Shown here piece after piece: positions 23,101 to 34,622 of a DNA stretch of 64,000 nucleotides. The notes under the pieces were generated by a model. It did not search any database. It worked only from the letters and a program-made list of their open reading frames with translations, and was not told the origin of the DNA. Both the position numbers and the translations under genes were made by a program. The stretch's first letter is position 1, and every line of letters begins with the position of its first letter. The stretch comes from Diplonema japonicum (lineage: Eukaryota; Protista; Euglenozoa: Diplonemea), in the NCBI GenBank assembly GCA_964019335.1, contig OZ025727.1, forward strand, positions 384,383-448,382, read 5' to 3'.

Positions 23101-26100
23101 CTCCATGGTCCAGGAAGAAGTATCGTTATTCACGAACATGGAAGACGATGCGGTGACAGATAGGCACTACGCCACGGAGGCATGCAAGCTGCGCATCGAT
23201 AAGGAAGTGTCGCAGCAGCGGCACCTATCAGAACGAGAGGAAGAAGAACGGCAAGCGTTAATCATGCTGCAGGATACTGACCTCTCTAGGGTGGCATCGC
23301 TGTTCAGGTACAACTTGCAGGTGGTGACTGACAATCTGCTGCATGATATTGACATCGCGATGCGCCGCGCTGTGATGGAGGAGACGTACCTGAGGGAGAG
23401 AGTCATGGACGAGGAGGAGCAAGAGAGTACTAGCCTTGCCTTCTGCTTGAGCTTGCAGAACACAGAAGTGGTCATGAGATTAGGGTTAATGGAGGAGTGT
23501 GATGTGCTGTTGTTGACTTGTTTAGAAGACTTCGAGACGCTGGCACGCAGCATAACCGATATGGGCATACAAAAGTTGTGCAAGTTGCGAGATGATTGGA
23601 TGCTTGCGACCATTGAAGTGGAACGCGAGGCGGAGTACCAGCGGGAGTGCGTGGTGGAGCTAGAGGTTTTAGAGAACATAGGCCGCAGAAACGTAGCATT
23701 CGAGAGGTTCAAAGAAGCACAGAAGTTACTCAGCATTGACGAAGACGTGAAAAGGATGCTTCTTAAGCAGCAGGAGACTATGCACTTCTTCCACTTGAAC
23801 GAGCACTACTGCAGGTCAGTGCTGACAGAACTCTGCGCTGAACAATGGTGCGAACTGACGGACAGTTTGCGGTTCCCTCAGTATCCGAAATGGGACGAAA
23901 CTCTTGCATGCCATAACATTACAAGGCAAGGGCAAGTGCAGATCAAGATCAAGGAGGGACGTCGAGCACAATTCGAGCACAGGTGGTTGGTGATGAGGAA
24001 TACGTCGCTCTCCATCTACGAGGAGAAGATGCGCTTGGACCTTTCATTTGGTGTAGCCGCCGGGAGCATGCCGCTTAACCCATGCGGGTTCTCTCTCTCG
24101 ACGCTTGGTACTGTGGGCAGCGATGCTCTGGTGTTCAATACACCCAGCAGTGGGGAGCGGGACTCCTGGGTGAGCTGCTTATTGGGATATGAGAATGGGA
24201 AGCTGAGCACCGGTACCCAGACAGAGCGGGACACCACTGATTACGAGAAAATAAAGGAGGAGGCCATGATGGTGGCAGATGAAAAGTACTCAAAGATGGT
24301 CACAGCCGTGGTCGGAAAGCTGGAGGACAACATGTCACACATGCAGACGTCTCAGCGACAGACGGAAGAGGCAATCATCAACACCATACACCGCAGGGAG
24401 CGAGACGTTCACGGCGGGCGGCTACGCAACCAGCAGGAAGAGACTGACATGAAAATCAACATGCTGGAGGGGCAGATGGAAAGGCTGCGGTTGGAAAAGT
24501 CACCACCGCAGCTGTCACTGCAAGCTAGAATCATGCAATTGGAGAGTGATCTCCAGGAGGCCAATATGAGGGCGCAGGCCGCAAGGTCCACTGGCCCCAC
24601 GGCATTGCTAGAAGAAGAGCTTCATTCGAAAAGCCGTATCATTGCATCCCTAGAAGAGCAGCTAGCGCAGTCGTCGCTGGCATCGCCTCTGTCACTCCCC
24701 GTCTACCCGAGCGGACTAGACAATGAACTGCTCCAGAATCGGCAGCTTATTATTGCGCTCGAAGAGCAGGTCTGCTCTCTCCAGTCTCAGCTCGAAACCA
24801 GCCGCCCATCAGATGCCGACAAACGTCTACAAAAGCTGCATGCGCAGCTCAGCACTGATGACGAGACGCAGGTGCTTAAGAAGCGTGTCGTCAGTCTCGA
24901 GGAGGAGCTCGCTGCTTCTAACTCCCAAAAGAAAAACTCCGATCTCTGGAAAGCGCAACAAGAGGCATCAGCAGCAAGGGGCGAAGTTCTGAGGTTGAAA
25001 GATGCCTTGAAGATCGCGATGAAGCATGAGGGGGTTCCCTATCAGGTGAAAGAAATGCTGAGCAGCCCGGGCAGCAGAGCGGTACTCAGAACCAAGGGTG
25101 TGCAGACAGTTATGACACAGTTTGACGTTTCGAACCTTGAAGAGACAATTGACTACGCTGCCACTCTGGACGAGCGGTTCAGCACCAGTGTCGAGCGGGT
25201 GAAGGGTGTCATTCCCTACAACGCGTATTGCATGCTTACAAGTGCTCTTTCCGATGGGGACACAGACGTAGACCCGATCCTGCCAATCGACTCGAGCCCT
25301 TCAAGCCCCTCATACCGAAAGGATGTCTCAGTCGTTTCGTTCTCTCCCGAGGCCAGGTTGCAGGGCACCGACATTAATCTTTTGGCAGAGGCAGTGCAAG
25401 CAGCTCGGCAAGAGCAGCAGGAGACTGTCGACAGCGTGCAGCGGTTGTTCAGGGACATGGAAAGCATGATGCGCATGTACCAGCCGACACCCCTCACGGA
25501 GGCCATCAGGCGATCTATTGGTGTATTTAATGCAAGTGTTGAGGGTAACGTGCAGCTTCCGAGCAGCCCCGTCTTCATTCCGCCCACCTTCGTCTCTCCT
25601 GAGCGACGTTCTATGACGTCGCCGCAGCCGGTGCCCCAAAGAAGCCGCTCGTGTCAAGTTGATTTGCACGACGTTAGATTAGAACTGTCGGACGTCCGGG
25701 AGCAAAATGCCCTGCTGCTTGATAGGGTGCGGGAGACAGAGGCAGTCATACGCAAGCAAGCGGATGACATACGCAGGCACCAGGCCTCTGAGAAGGAGCT
25801 CTTGGAGCTCACGACAGAGCTCTCAGACGAAATCGAGCTCATAGAATCACGCGCAAGGGCACAGGAGCAGACATACCAGGATATCGTCACAGTGCACGAG
25901 GAACAAGGCGAGGAGTACAAGCACAGGATACTGGAACTGGAACTCAGGCTACAAAGTGGATACAGCTCACCCAGAGTGCAGTCGCCGAGGGGGCAGTCGC
26001 CGAGAGGGGACCACGCAGTGCTCGAGCACTTTAGGCGGGTGGTGGAGGAGCAGGACGTTCAAAATAGAAACCTTAGGCAGCAGCTACATCATGCTGAAGC

Positions 26101-27037
26101 AAGAGCAAGTGATACAGGCAGTGAAAGCAGGCTGATGAAAGTAGTGGGGGAACAGGATATGCAAATCAATGTACTACGAGAGATGTTGAAGAAAGAGCAG
26201 CAGAAAGCAGCTGAGAAGGACAGTGTACTGACGGCTCCGTCGTCGCCCCTTTCGCAACGCCTCGCAGACCAGATCTTCGAAAGCAACAAAGACAAGCTGC
26301 TGAGGGCTGTCGACGACAGGGGCATCTCGCAGACGATGGACACGATGGTGGGGAACATGCTAGCAAAGGAACGGCTGGTGAATACAGTCGGAGGGGTGGG
26401 AGAGCTGAAAGAAGTGGAGGTGGGAGAAGGCACGGGAAGGAAGGTGGTAGAGAGGGAAGCGCAGGAGGTGCTAATAATAATGTTCTCATGGATGGTGTCC
26501 GAAGGAAGGCTGCGAAAGGAGGGTGAGGGGCCGAGGCATGTTCTGGAAGAGGACGCAGTGGAGCGCAAGGTTATGGAAATGGTGAGGAGCCCCGCTAGGG
26601 AGAGGCAGAAAATGTTTGAGATGCTTGAGGGAGTCTCAAGCAAGCTGGGGCAGGGAGGCTTCCTCCGAGGGGACTTAGTGCGCATCGCAGGGCTTACCTC
26701 AGCTTCTTACTTGAATGGAAAGACTGGAGTGATTGTGAACCCACCCACTCCTGCGACAGACAGGTATCTCGTATCTCTTGCACCTCCATTTGGGGACTGG
26801 GCCCTCCGGCGGTCTTCATTGACCCCTGTTCCTCTGACATCCCCCACCTTCACGGAGAGCACCACGTTGCAAGAAGTGCGTAGCAGGTTGTGTGTCTCTA
26901 CATATGAAGCTTGTCTGAGGGCTTGCCTTGTCATCTACTCTCAGATCTCTGGCATGTTCCTTCAACAGGCCCCTGAATGGCCCCTCCTCTTGGACCTCCT
27001 TGAAAGATGCCAAACTTGCGTAAAAGAGATTTGTTAG
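20177..27037 (+). CDS. Large protein: degenerate inositol polyphosphate 5-phosphatase-like domain, PH domain, coiled coils, C-terminal SH3/KOW-like motif
   Basis: DLSRWLP..DLYVIGL, FDHFFVFGGL and QRIFY echo IPPc motifs; PH-like RWLVMRNTSLSIYE...ERDSWVSCL; GDLVRIAGLTSASYLNGKTGVI. Confidence 0.65.
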   Translation: MQGGDTIRTDAPAALGGMGGGSFNVVDAGDDEVPVYEVGLQCLWRSNAAYLKAVFWSEEQTWLVDMLEGHCVGIEGTVKEEACLLGEGEIQETKYITGNNLVRRHDRAVSIISDDETITVNLPNITEATRFYECCKIALSDELVWAPLLALPEPNPAVLMAKLSGFFKEAPLRRSSKKIDLSGECNITTSRDPTAMQSLWVGNLDLNYSVLPVRADLSRWLPRGKDLYVIGLLGISDALYEERMRLTNQIWRHVGKRGYHNLMTVDNMELTVMVLARHSVSKRVHSLKTMKHCETRPSQEEEDAVSPLVCVQLNFDETLMCFACTKVLLLKSDLGWEAAGIRSRVLTSIMSAIDLEGRPGCAFDPSSRFDHFFVFGGLGDEIFVEVQKGNALQGFIEGDLVLPKGGSLSQRIFYSSLPCFDLTPETYDASVPWGTIEEGRHAVGAFFDLPVQLPYIEALSTPSALHSFEVSAQLKLEEIDSSVPLNNVACTLCTECASKEDNQHVVESMTIGTNALPTCTFEPIQLHTNSQAYLSQQCLYITASIEGHSLGSGAIAIHDIFKSMWSGTGVEYVQVSDSVKKTTPVPLTVALHSDCKASGATVLCNVSVFTDAAPLIHASEEKQERDEVTRQEMIGYTHSSRDEILQEQASAFDEFLELKRFIDSEKEARCYLQQFEALGREHYKIHLSTVNEEVAAYGGIEEYIEYFVVLDQITQTISGKMTEEAEELMTVCEEEEEVTWGILLRHHQWELGMHAERVSQVCEETEARANIDIELEEDVALLLGLKQLSHNEVLARHFIAEQLATEYMQLEVVFSEATARDQVVARYYEVFVAMFEYEALAVVQFTRSHEALYYQALQQRSWLGVTETTERLHTVILPSQISALEVEEVMARESSTQQEAIEHNHTAGAMHISGKEHLVYCNTFDDLRVSIEAVFESAFRQLVLNEGVHREDMLVEHHDEVGLHAVLHEELSRRYSMVQEEVSLFTNMEDDAVTDRHYATEACKLRIDKEVSQQRHLSEREEEERQALIMLQDTDLSRVASLFRYNLQVVTDNLLHDIDIAMRRAVMEETYLRERVMDEEEQESTSLAFCLSLQNTEVVMRLGLMEECDVLLLTCLEDFETLARSITDMGIQKLCKLRDDWMLATIEVEREAEYQRECVVELEVLENIGRRNVAFERFKEAQKLLSIDEDVKRMLLKQQETMHFFHLNEHYCRSVLTELCAEQWCELTDSLRFPQYPKWDETLACHNITRQGQVQIKIKEGRRAQFEHRWLVMRNTSLSIYEEKMRLDLSFGVAAGSMPLNPCGFSLSTLGTVGSDALVFNTPSSGERDSWVSCLLGYENGKLSTGTQTERDTTDYEKIKEEAMMVADEKYSKMVTAVVGKLEDNMSHMQTSQRQTEEAIINTIHRRERDVHGGRLRNQQEETDMKINMLEGQMERLRLEKSPPQLSLQARIMQLESDLQEANMRAQAARSTGPTALLEEELHSKSRIIASLEEQLAQSSLASPLSLPVYPSGLDNELLQNRQLIIALEEQVCSLQSQLETSRPSDADKRLQKLHAQLSTDDETQVLKKRVVSLEEELAASNSQKKNSDLWKAQQEASAARGEVLRLKDALKIAMKHEGVPYQVKEMLSSPGSRAVLRTKGVQTVMTQFDVSNLEETIDYAATLDERFSTSVERVKGVIPYNAYCMLTSALSDGDTDVDPILPIDSSPSSPSYRKDVSVVSFSPEARLQGTDINLLAEAVQAARQEQQETVDSVQRLFRDMESMMRMYQPTPLTEAIRRSIGVFNASVEGNVQLPSSPVFIPPTFVSPERRSMTSPQPVPQRSRSCQVDLHDVRLELSDVREQNALLLDRVRETEAVIRKQADDIRRHQASEKELLELTTELSDEIELIESRARAQEQTYQDIVTVHEEQGEEYKHRILELELRLQSGYSSPRVQSPRGQSPRGDHAVLEHFRRVVEEQDVQNRNLRQQLHHAEARASDTGSESRLMKVVGEQDMQINVLREMLKKEQQKAAEKDSVLTAPSSPLSQRLADQIFESNKDKLLRAVDDRGISQTMDTMVGNMLAKERLVNTVGGVGELKEVEVGEGTGRKVVEREAQEVLIIMFSWMVSEGRLRKEGEGPRHVLEEDAVERKVMEMVRSPARERQKMFEMLEGVSSKLGQGGFLRGDLVRIAGLTSASYLNGKTGVIVNPPTPATDRYLVSLAPPFGDWALRRSSLTPVPLTSPTFTESTTLQEVRSRLCVSTYEACLRACLVIYSQISGMFLQQAPEWPLLLDLLERCQTCVKEIC

Positions 27038-28501
27038 TTCGCTGGATTTTTTTTTCTTTATTTGTATCTTTGTATTTTGCATTTTTTTTTTGTTTCTCCT
27101 ATCATACAAGTTTTTTTTTTTTAAAGAGTAAATTAAGAGAAGAAAAAGAGGGGCTTTAAAAGTGGGAAAAACAGAATTAAAAAAAAAAAACAAAGGTTTT
27201 CCGTTGCCTTTTTTTTTTTTGCTTTTTTTTTATATAAAAAAGAAACAACAAATGTAGTACCCGCTTTTCTTGTATACCCCTCCCCCACTTTTTCTTTTTT
27301 GTTTTATTTTATTTCTGTTGACATAGCTTTCTGTGATTTCTTTTTTCAAAATAAGTTTTTAAGTCGAATGGAAAAAAAAAGAGGAAATAGTCGCAAACTT
27401 GTGATTTTTCCAACTATTGAATTTATCGAAATAAATAAAAGTCACGGAAGCTATGTGGTAGTGTGGTTTTTCTTTTTTCCTTCTTCTTTTTTTTTTTTTC
27501 AAATCTTTATCGAGTTTCTTCTTTTTTCTAGATATTGGTAACTCCATGTTGCCCTACCGTCGGAGCTTTAGGCACCTTCCTTTTTTTCGAAGAGGAAAAA
27601 GAAAGGGGTTGGCTCTCTGCATTCTTATCCTTCTTTTTTTTTTTTTTTTTTTCCCTTTTTGCTGTGATGTTTTTTATTGTTAGTTTTACCGCCAACTCTT
27701 TTGTTCCCTTACTCCCCCACCCAAAAAGAAAAAGGAAGAAAGATTTAAAAAAGGAACATAGCCCCCCCCCCCCCCCCCCCCCCCCATTTCCCATTTTCAC
27801 AGCCTTCTCCACAACCACTCTTTGTGTCTTTGTTTCCCCCCTTGCCCTCCCCGTTACTTTTTTATAAATGCTTTTTTTTTTTTGTATTTTCCAAGTTTTT
27901 TTTTTATTTCACACACACAACATACCTTGCAACCTATGGTCTTTTTTTTTGGGGGGGGAGTTGGTTTTCAATGGGTTTTGATTTCATTCCCGACGAGCAC
28001 TGCTTCATTGGTTTCCTGAAAATAACCTCCCGTACTTGGTCCACGGCATCGCCAGTCTCGGTGCCATGGCGCTTCGTGCCCAGTGATGGATGCCAAATCC
28101 CGAGAAATCCTAAAAACTTCGGTTTTCTTTTTTTTTATGGCGTAGCCTAAAGAACTTTTAGGTTTGCAAGACATGACAAACTAAATTTCCCAAAAAGAAA
28201 AAAAAAAAGAAAAAGGAAAAAAGGAGGAAGGAGGGGGGGAATTAAAAAAAAAAAAAGAGGGAAAAAAAGAAAAAAAAAAAAAAAAAGCGGGTGTTGGGAT
28301 GAGCAGGCACAAAAAGTTTTCAATTTTAAGCGCTAAGCAAAACGCACCGATGCTGAACTCGGTAGTGTTGGAGGTATTCTTTAAAAAAAAAAAAAAAAGA
28401 AATAATAATAATAACCCCCCATCCAGTCACGCTCTCACGGGAACAGCTCCTTCGGGTCGCCAAGGGGGTCGCCAGGGTACCCAAGGGGGGCATCGTCTCC
28501 A

Positions 28502-28987
28502 TTGCCCCCATCGAGTGTCCCGAGAAGTCCTGTTGTGTCGCTGCCAGGGAGCCCTGTGGGGGGGTCGCCTAGCTTTGGACGGGGTGTTAGCCCGGTGCTG
28601 TCAGATGGGATTGTTGTCCCTACGGTGGAGGCACCTCAGGGATGGCAGCCCTTTTTTGACGCACGCATGTGTTTGACATACTATTTCAATCCAGAGACAG
28701 AGGAGACCATGTGGGCTGTCGACCAGGGTTGGCACGAGGTCGAACCTTCCTCGACAGAGGTAACATCTGACCCTGCTTCTCCTGTCTCTAGCAGGCTTCG
28801 CTCCCCCCTCCACGGTTCACCCCTTGCGGATCTTGCTCGCTCGTTTGATGTCATTTCTATCGATGATGGCAGTGCCATGGATACCGAAGACCTTGCAGAT
28901 GGTTGGGTCCTTGGGGTCGACAAGACCACCCGTGCTCTTTACAAGTACCATCTTCGTACTGGTGCTAAACGGCCATGGGCTGATTGA
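28502..28987 (+). CDS. WW-domain protein (two WW-like repeats); true 5' end uncertain
   Basis: PQGWQPFFDARMCLTYYFNPETEETMW and DGWVLGVDKTTRALYKYHLRTGAKRPW; no ATG at the called start. Confidence 0.65.
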   Translation: MPPSSVPRSPVVSLPGSPVGGSPSFGRGVSPVLSDGIVVPTVEAPQGWQPFFDARMCLTYYFNPETEETMWAVDQGWHEVEPSSTEVTSDPASPVSSRLRSPLHGSPLADLARSFDVISIDDGSAMDTEDLADGWVLGVDKTTRALYKYHLRTGAKRPWAD

Positions 28988-30737
28988 AGAGAATAAGAAG
29001 ACTTCTGTGTATTTGTATGATAATCTTTTGTTTTGTTTTTTTTTTTGGGGGAAAACGACACAAAACTTGTACCAACGAGAGAAAAAAAAAAAGATTTTTT
29101 TTTAGAAACATGAAAAAAAAAAAAAAAAAAAGAGAGAAGTCGTTTCTTTATGCCCCTTCTTTTTTTTTTTTTTTTTTTTTTCCCGTCCTTGTGTGTTTTT
29201 GCATTTCTTTTTATTTTGCAAATGTATGGTGTTTTTTTCCTCTTAAGGGGGGTTGCCAAAAAAACATTGCTCTTCGTCCATCTTGGTGAAAAATACTTGT
29301 TTGATTTTCAATCCTGTCTTTTTTATTCCTTTGCCTATCTATTCTCTCTCTCCCCCTTTCTCACCTTCAACCTCCACCCCTCCCTTTTTGAATAGAAAAA
29401 AAAAGGAAGTAAAATAAGTTACCAGTTTGCTATTTGTTTTGTTTTGGTTTTCTTTTTTCCCATGATGAGTAGCTATCACTCTTTTCCTCATCATAGTGAA
29501 AGTTCCCCCCCCTCCCCCCCCACACACACACTCTCTCTCTCTCTCTGCTCGGGTGTGCATGTGTAATCAGTTTCGTGTTAAAAAAAGGACCGATTGGTAA
29601 CTTTGTTGATCATTAATCCCTTTTTTTTTTCTTTCTTTAGCTGCCCATCCTCACATGAAAAAAAGAAAATGAGTTTATCGTTAATGACAAGAAGATAGGA
29701 GAAATGAGTGGAGAAATGTCTTATTAAAGAGACAAGTGGTTTTATGTGAAAGTGGTTTTATGTGACAAAAAGAAGAGAGAGAACGAAAGTCGGGGAGCAA
29801 AAAAAAAAAAAAAAAAAAAAAAAGGCAACAGAAAAGAAAACAACAAAAAGAAAGTAAAATAGGAAAAATAATGTATCATTACAGCAAACAATCCGGGGGG
29901 GGGGGTGTTTTTTTTCAGAATCTATTGCATGGAAGCGGGAAAAAAAAATGAATGTAATAATAAAACAACAAAAGCAAAAACAAAGAAAATATGCAAAAAG
30001 AACAAAAGATCAAAGAAGAAAAGATCAAATCCTTTGTGATATCCATCGCTATGTTATTTTTTTTTTTTTCCTCCTTGTGATGGGAAGGACTTCTTCCCCC
30101 AGTGACACGAGTAACAAAAGTCCAAGCTGGAAAGCTCTGTATGCAAATCACAGCAAAAAAAAGAAGGGAAGAAAAAAAAAATAGAGATCTAATTATTTTT
30201 GTTGTCTCTAAGGTTTTTCTTTTTGTTACACTTGTACAAAAAGAAAAAAAAATAGATTTTGTGAAACGGCTGGTGGAACTTGATGGTGCTTAAAAGGGCA
30301 GCTGTAAAACGTACAAAAAACAAAAAAAAAGCATAAAAAGAAAAACAAAGAAGAAATTAAGGACCCTATTCCCCCCCGCCCCTTCTACTTTTTTCTTCAC
30401 TTCTCCACCGCTACAGTTTTTCCTATTTCTTTCCCTTTTCTCTTTCAAAGCTTCGCCTAGCCCCGCGGCCTTTTTTGTTGAGAAAAGAGCATTTCCCCCT
30501 TTTTTTTTTGTCCTATTCCCCCCCGCCCCTCTTCCCATCTCCCCACACCCCACTTCCAGAAGGGTGCATACCATCATCCCTGTGATGAGGCGTCAAGCAA
30601 TGCGGCCCTTCTAAGGTAGATTAGCACGGAAGAAAAAAAAAGCCCATCCTACTTTTTTTTTTTTTTTTTTTAATGCCCCGCTCCTTCTATTGTCAATATT
30701 CCCCTTTCATTTTTTTTTTTTGGTTCCTATAAATTAA

Positions 30738-33404
30738 CATAGCATCCAGGGTTAACCGATCACCCGCGGGTTTTTAATTACAATCGGGTTTTAAATTGAC
30801 GTCAAATGAAAGGCGAGCATGCAACCATGCTTAAAACCCTTCGTTTCGTCCCTCGTGGCCCCCAGATACACAAAGCCGACCCCAGGGAGCATCCAAATGA
30901 CATAGAAAAGGATTATTTTCCCAAAAAGCTGGTGCTTCCCTGTTTCAGGCAGGGTCCTAATTGGGAGCGAAATCAAAAGTCAATAATTAAAACGGGAGGA
31001 GAGCATGCAACCATGCATATAATAACCCTTCTTACTTGGCGTCGATCGAGGAGAACACCGCGTCCACGGCTGTTACCACAGGCTGCGTGTACAGCAGCGA
31101 CAAGGCCCTGTCATGCAAAACAGGGAGAGCAGCTTTCTGAGCCAGCCACCACGCTTCGATATCGAATGAGGTCGTCTCAAGGCTGTGGTCCATTTGGGCT
31201 ATGGCCGAGTAGGACAGCCATTCCCCCTCTGACATGTCTTGCAGAAGTAGGCTGTCGCGTACCGTTGCGAAGCCTCGCTAGAAAAACTAGTTGATGGCAG
31301 CGTCATGAGCTATTTTTATTAGGTAAAATTCCGCTCGTGCGCATAAACAGACCCTGACCCGGTACATAATAACAAGTCTGAAAACCAGTTTTTTTCAAAA
31401 CTTAAAGCCTTAATAAGGCTCTATTTTGGGTTTTAATGGCTGGAATGGGCTCAGATCGTCAAAATAGGGTTTCTGAAAAAAAGAAATTGAGCATGGTATT
31501 TTTTGCAAGAAATATGGGTTTTGGATCGATCAAACCGATCCGAAATTAACCCATAAAGGACCGCTATTTTTCGTCTAAAAAGTCGATTTTGAACTTTTCG
31601 TTCAAATGCCAAAATAAAATGGCGAGGGTGGAGTAGAGGGTGTGTACCTATATTATTTTCACTACCCCATTTCTGGAGCGCGAAGCGGCCTGCATTTCAG
31701 CCCCAGACGCGCCCAAACTTTGGTGGTAGAGCAGCATTTGAGAGAAACAACTCTTGCAAAGGGCACATGCTATCCGGAGGTTCCATGGTTTCGGCAAGCA
31801 GCGCTTATTCAGGGTGCAGGGTGGGCTGGTTATTTTTTTTTCACCACTTATGGCCGTTCTTTGAACACAAGGTCCGAGGTGCCGCAGATATGCGACTTGT
31901 CCAATTTAAACGTTTTCAAGAGGTTTTCAGGTGGTTTTTTAAGGTGTCGTTAGTGTGAAAAAACTCGAAACAGGGCACAGGGCACATTGCTACGTTGCAA
32001 TCTCTGCACGAGAACATGGCCTGGGTGCGTTTTTTCTCTAGTTTGTTGCACACAGTGCAATTCCGTGCCTTTTGCATCTTTTCAGGACACATTGAAGGTG
32101 CACCCTTGGTACGTGAAGGTGCACCCTGAGGGTGCACCCTTGGTACGTGAAGGTGCACCCTGAGGGGTAGGTATCTTCGGCTCCGGCGGGGAACGCTTGA
32201 TGTGGGTGCCACCTTTTGCGATGATGTTGTTTGACAAGATTTCTTTGCCACACACTTGCTGACACTGAATGGGTATTCTGGGAGCAATTTCCGGGTTTTC
32301 CTGATGGTCCCCATGCAGTGGAAATCCGCATTGTAAATCCGTATCAACAATGGGACAAGCGAAATCAGTTGTCAAAGACAATCCAGTAATTCTGGTGCTG
32401 ATATTCGGTGAGCAGCTCTGCCTCTTTCCCCCGGGTGCCCGTGCCGGTACAAACAATCATGTTTAGAGTGTAACCGGTGTCTGAATCGCATTTTGAACCC
32501 ATAACGCTTCCTCTTCTTCGGCTCATAAACAATGAACCCGACACGGCTTCGACAGCGTATGATGGTTCATCCACAGCAAGGTTTCGCTTGGGTACATACA
32601 GGGATGACCAAGAAGGAACCACAAGATTTATAAGATTGCGCCCTTTAGCCATTCTGTTTCCTTCTCCTCCACCAGGGGGCAACCCAAACCGCATTTGGCG
32701 CATTATTTTTAGCAGCCTGTTTCTTTCCATTACCGTTTTGAAATATTGTGAATATGGGGTATCTGTGAGTTCATCCTGTGCCCAGTAGACCTTGATATCT
32801 GTCTTGATTATGAGCCCTGTAAGTATCCAAAGGCCTCTATACTACTCGAACGGCTTGCTGCCCACCCCACGATAGCCTTTTAGAGCCGCAGGAGTTAAAA
32901 ACAACTCAAAGTACAGGACAAGCCCCCTGCTGGAGGGCCGCCCTATCAAAAACAAGAGTGGGCATGCAGAGCACTTAAAATGCCTTAGCAGAATTTTAAA
33001 TTTTTTTTTTTTAGCTGAATATTCAGCTCCGGTCCTTTATGGGTTAAAAAAAAACCGATCAAACCGATCATAAATCTTGTTGTTTTTAACTTGGACCTCC
33101 CTGACCCGGGAGAATTACATGTCTGAAAACCAGTTTTTTCAAAACTGCATTTAAAGCCTTAAATAAGGCTCTATTTTGGGTTTTAATGGCTGGAATGGGC
33201 TCAGATCGTCAAAATAGGGTTTTTGAAAAAAAGAAATTTGAGCATGATCTTGGTATTTTTTGCCAGAAATATGGGTTTTGGACCGATCAAACCGATCCGA
33301 AATTACAAAAAAACCCATCATTAACCCGACAGTTATCGAAAATCTAAAATTGCTCGGGTCGGGTTTTAAAACCCGAAGGTGATCGGTTAACCCTGGATAC
33401 TATG
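30738..33404 (-). mobile_element. Non-autonomous hAT-like DNA transposon, copy 2 (inverted relative to copy 1), interrupted by a piggyBac
   Basis: Same TIRs; AATTAA 6-bp TSD at 30732-30737 and 33405-33410; ends are reverse complements of copy 1 ends; minus-strand DIEAWWLAQKAALPVLHDRALSLL...VFS (31032-31235) resembles the hAT C-terminal dimerisation domain. Confidence 0.87.
31550..33043 (-). mobile_element. Degenerate piggyBac element nested in hAT copy 2
   Basis: TTAA TSDs (31546-31549, 33044-33047); 14-bp TIR CCCATAAAGGACCG; broken transposase pieces MERNRLLKIMRQMRF..YVPKRNLAVDE, DSDTGY, IVFDN and C-terminal CTVC..CRDCNVAMC..CFEFFH. Confidence 0.9.
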
Positions 33405-33648
33405 AATTAAGATCAAAAAGAATACCATCTACAGGGGGGGAAGGGGTGTGAGTGTGCCGCACACCCACGTTGTCAGCAGGGAGGGGGGAAGCTAATGGGA
33501 TGTGGCCAGACGAAGGTAGAAAGAGAAGACTCATACCCGTACACCGTACCGCCGGTATGTCTTTTTTTTTTTTTTTCCTTCCAAAAAAAACAATTTGAAG
33601 ACACCCGAGGCCTGTTCCCTCCAGCAACGGTTCTCAGATGGAAACGTG

Positions 33649-34322
33649 ATGGCAGAGCCAAGCCCCATCGCATCAAAGCTGCGAAGTGTTAAAAATGGTT
33701 TCGTATCAAGAATCGCTGCTTTAGACCACTCGTATGTTGAAGATGATGACGATTATGTGTGCCCACCGAAGCTGCGGAACAGGCTGCAGCTATGGTCCGA
33801 CGACCTGCCAAACGAAGGCTTGTCAACACCTAGGGGCAGCTTACTAGTCGGCGGCGACGACGACGAGATGGTGTATGACGGCTTCACGGGGGATGTGGTA
33901 TGAAAAAAATAAAAAGAAAAAAAAAATGAAAGGCCCTTGTTGCAGCGACACCAGATCTAATTATTCCCGGAGCACGGCCCTCACGGTTGGAATGTAAGAA
34001 ACAATTAAGCACTTACATGGATTACCTACGAGCGGCTGTTGAGATGAACACCGACAGGATCATCGATCTTGATGTGGAAGAGGACTCGAAAGACGTGCCA
34101 CGGGGCGAAGGTTACAAAGTCGACAATTTGGAGGGAGCGGAGATGGTGAAAGAGGCGAGCAGCAGCAGCCATCTTAGTAAGTCGTCCCTTAACATCAACG
34201 TCTCCCCCTCCCATGCCACTCGCGTCCTTTTCAAAGAAGATGACCTTGACAACCAGGTCAGCATGAACTCCATAGAAGGCCCTGGTGACAATGCTGCTCC
34301 TGTTTATCCCACTGATGACTGA
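33649..34322 (+). CDS. Hypothetical protein, apparently split into two coding-like segments (33649-33897 and about 33950-34322)
   Basis: Both segments have coding-like composition and are separated by a GTATG-starting A-rich spacer; the GT-AG pairs I tested do not restore the frame. Confidence 0.3.
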
Positions 34323-34622
34323 AGGGGGGAAGATAAAAAAAAAAAAAAACACGAAAAAAAGAAAAAACCAAAACCTCCGAATTACTTTTCCAAGTATTCT
34401 TTTTATGGGGGTTGGTTTTTTGAGAAAAAAAAAATAAAAAACAAAGAAGAGAAGAAGAATTGTGAATAGGATCAAATTTCTTTTTTCCTCCGTATTCTTC
34501 CTCATTTGTTGCTTTCTCATTTTTACTTCCCACTCCATGCTAAGCTGATCCTTTTGTTTTCCCCTTTTTTGGCTTGTTTCAATCACCAACACAACAGTCT
34601 GTAGACATAGGCACATATTAAC

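Noticed and set aside
27040-30730. Short Phe/Lys-rich ORFs in spacers (also 35900-39090)
   Set aside because: Artefacts of poly-T/poly-A tracts, apart from the WW ORF
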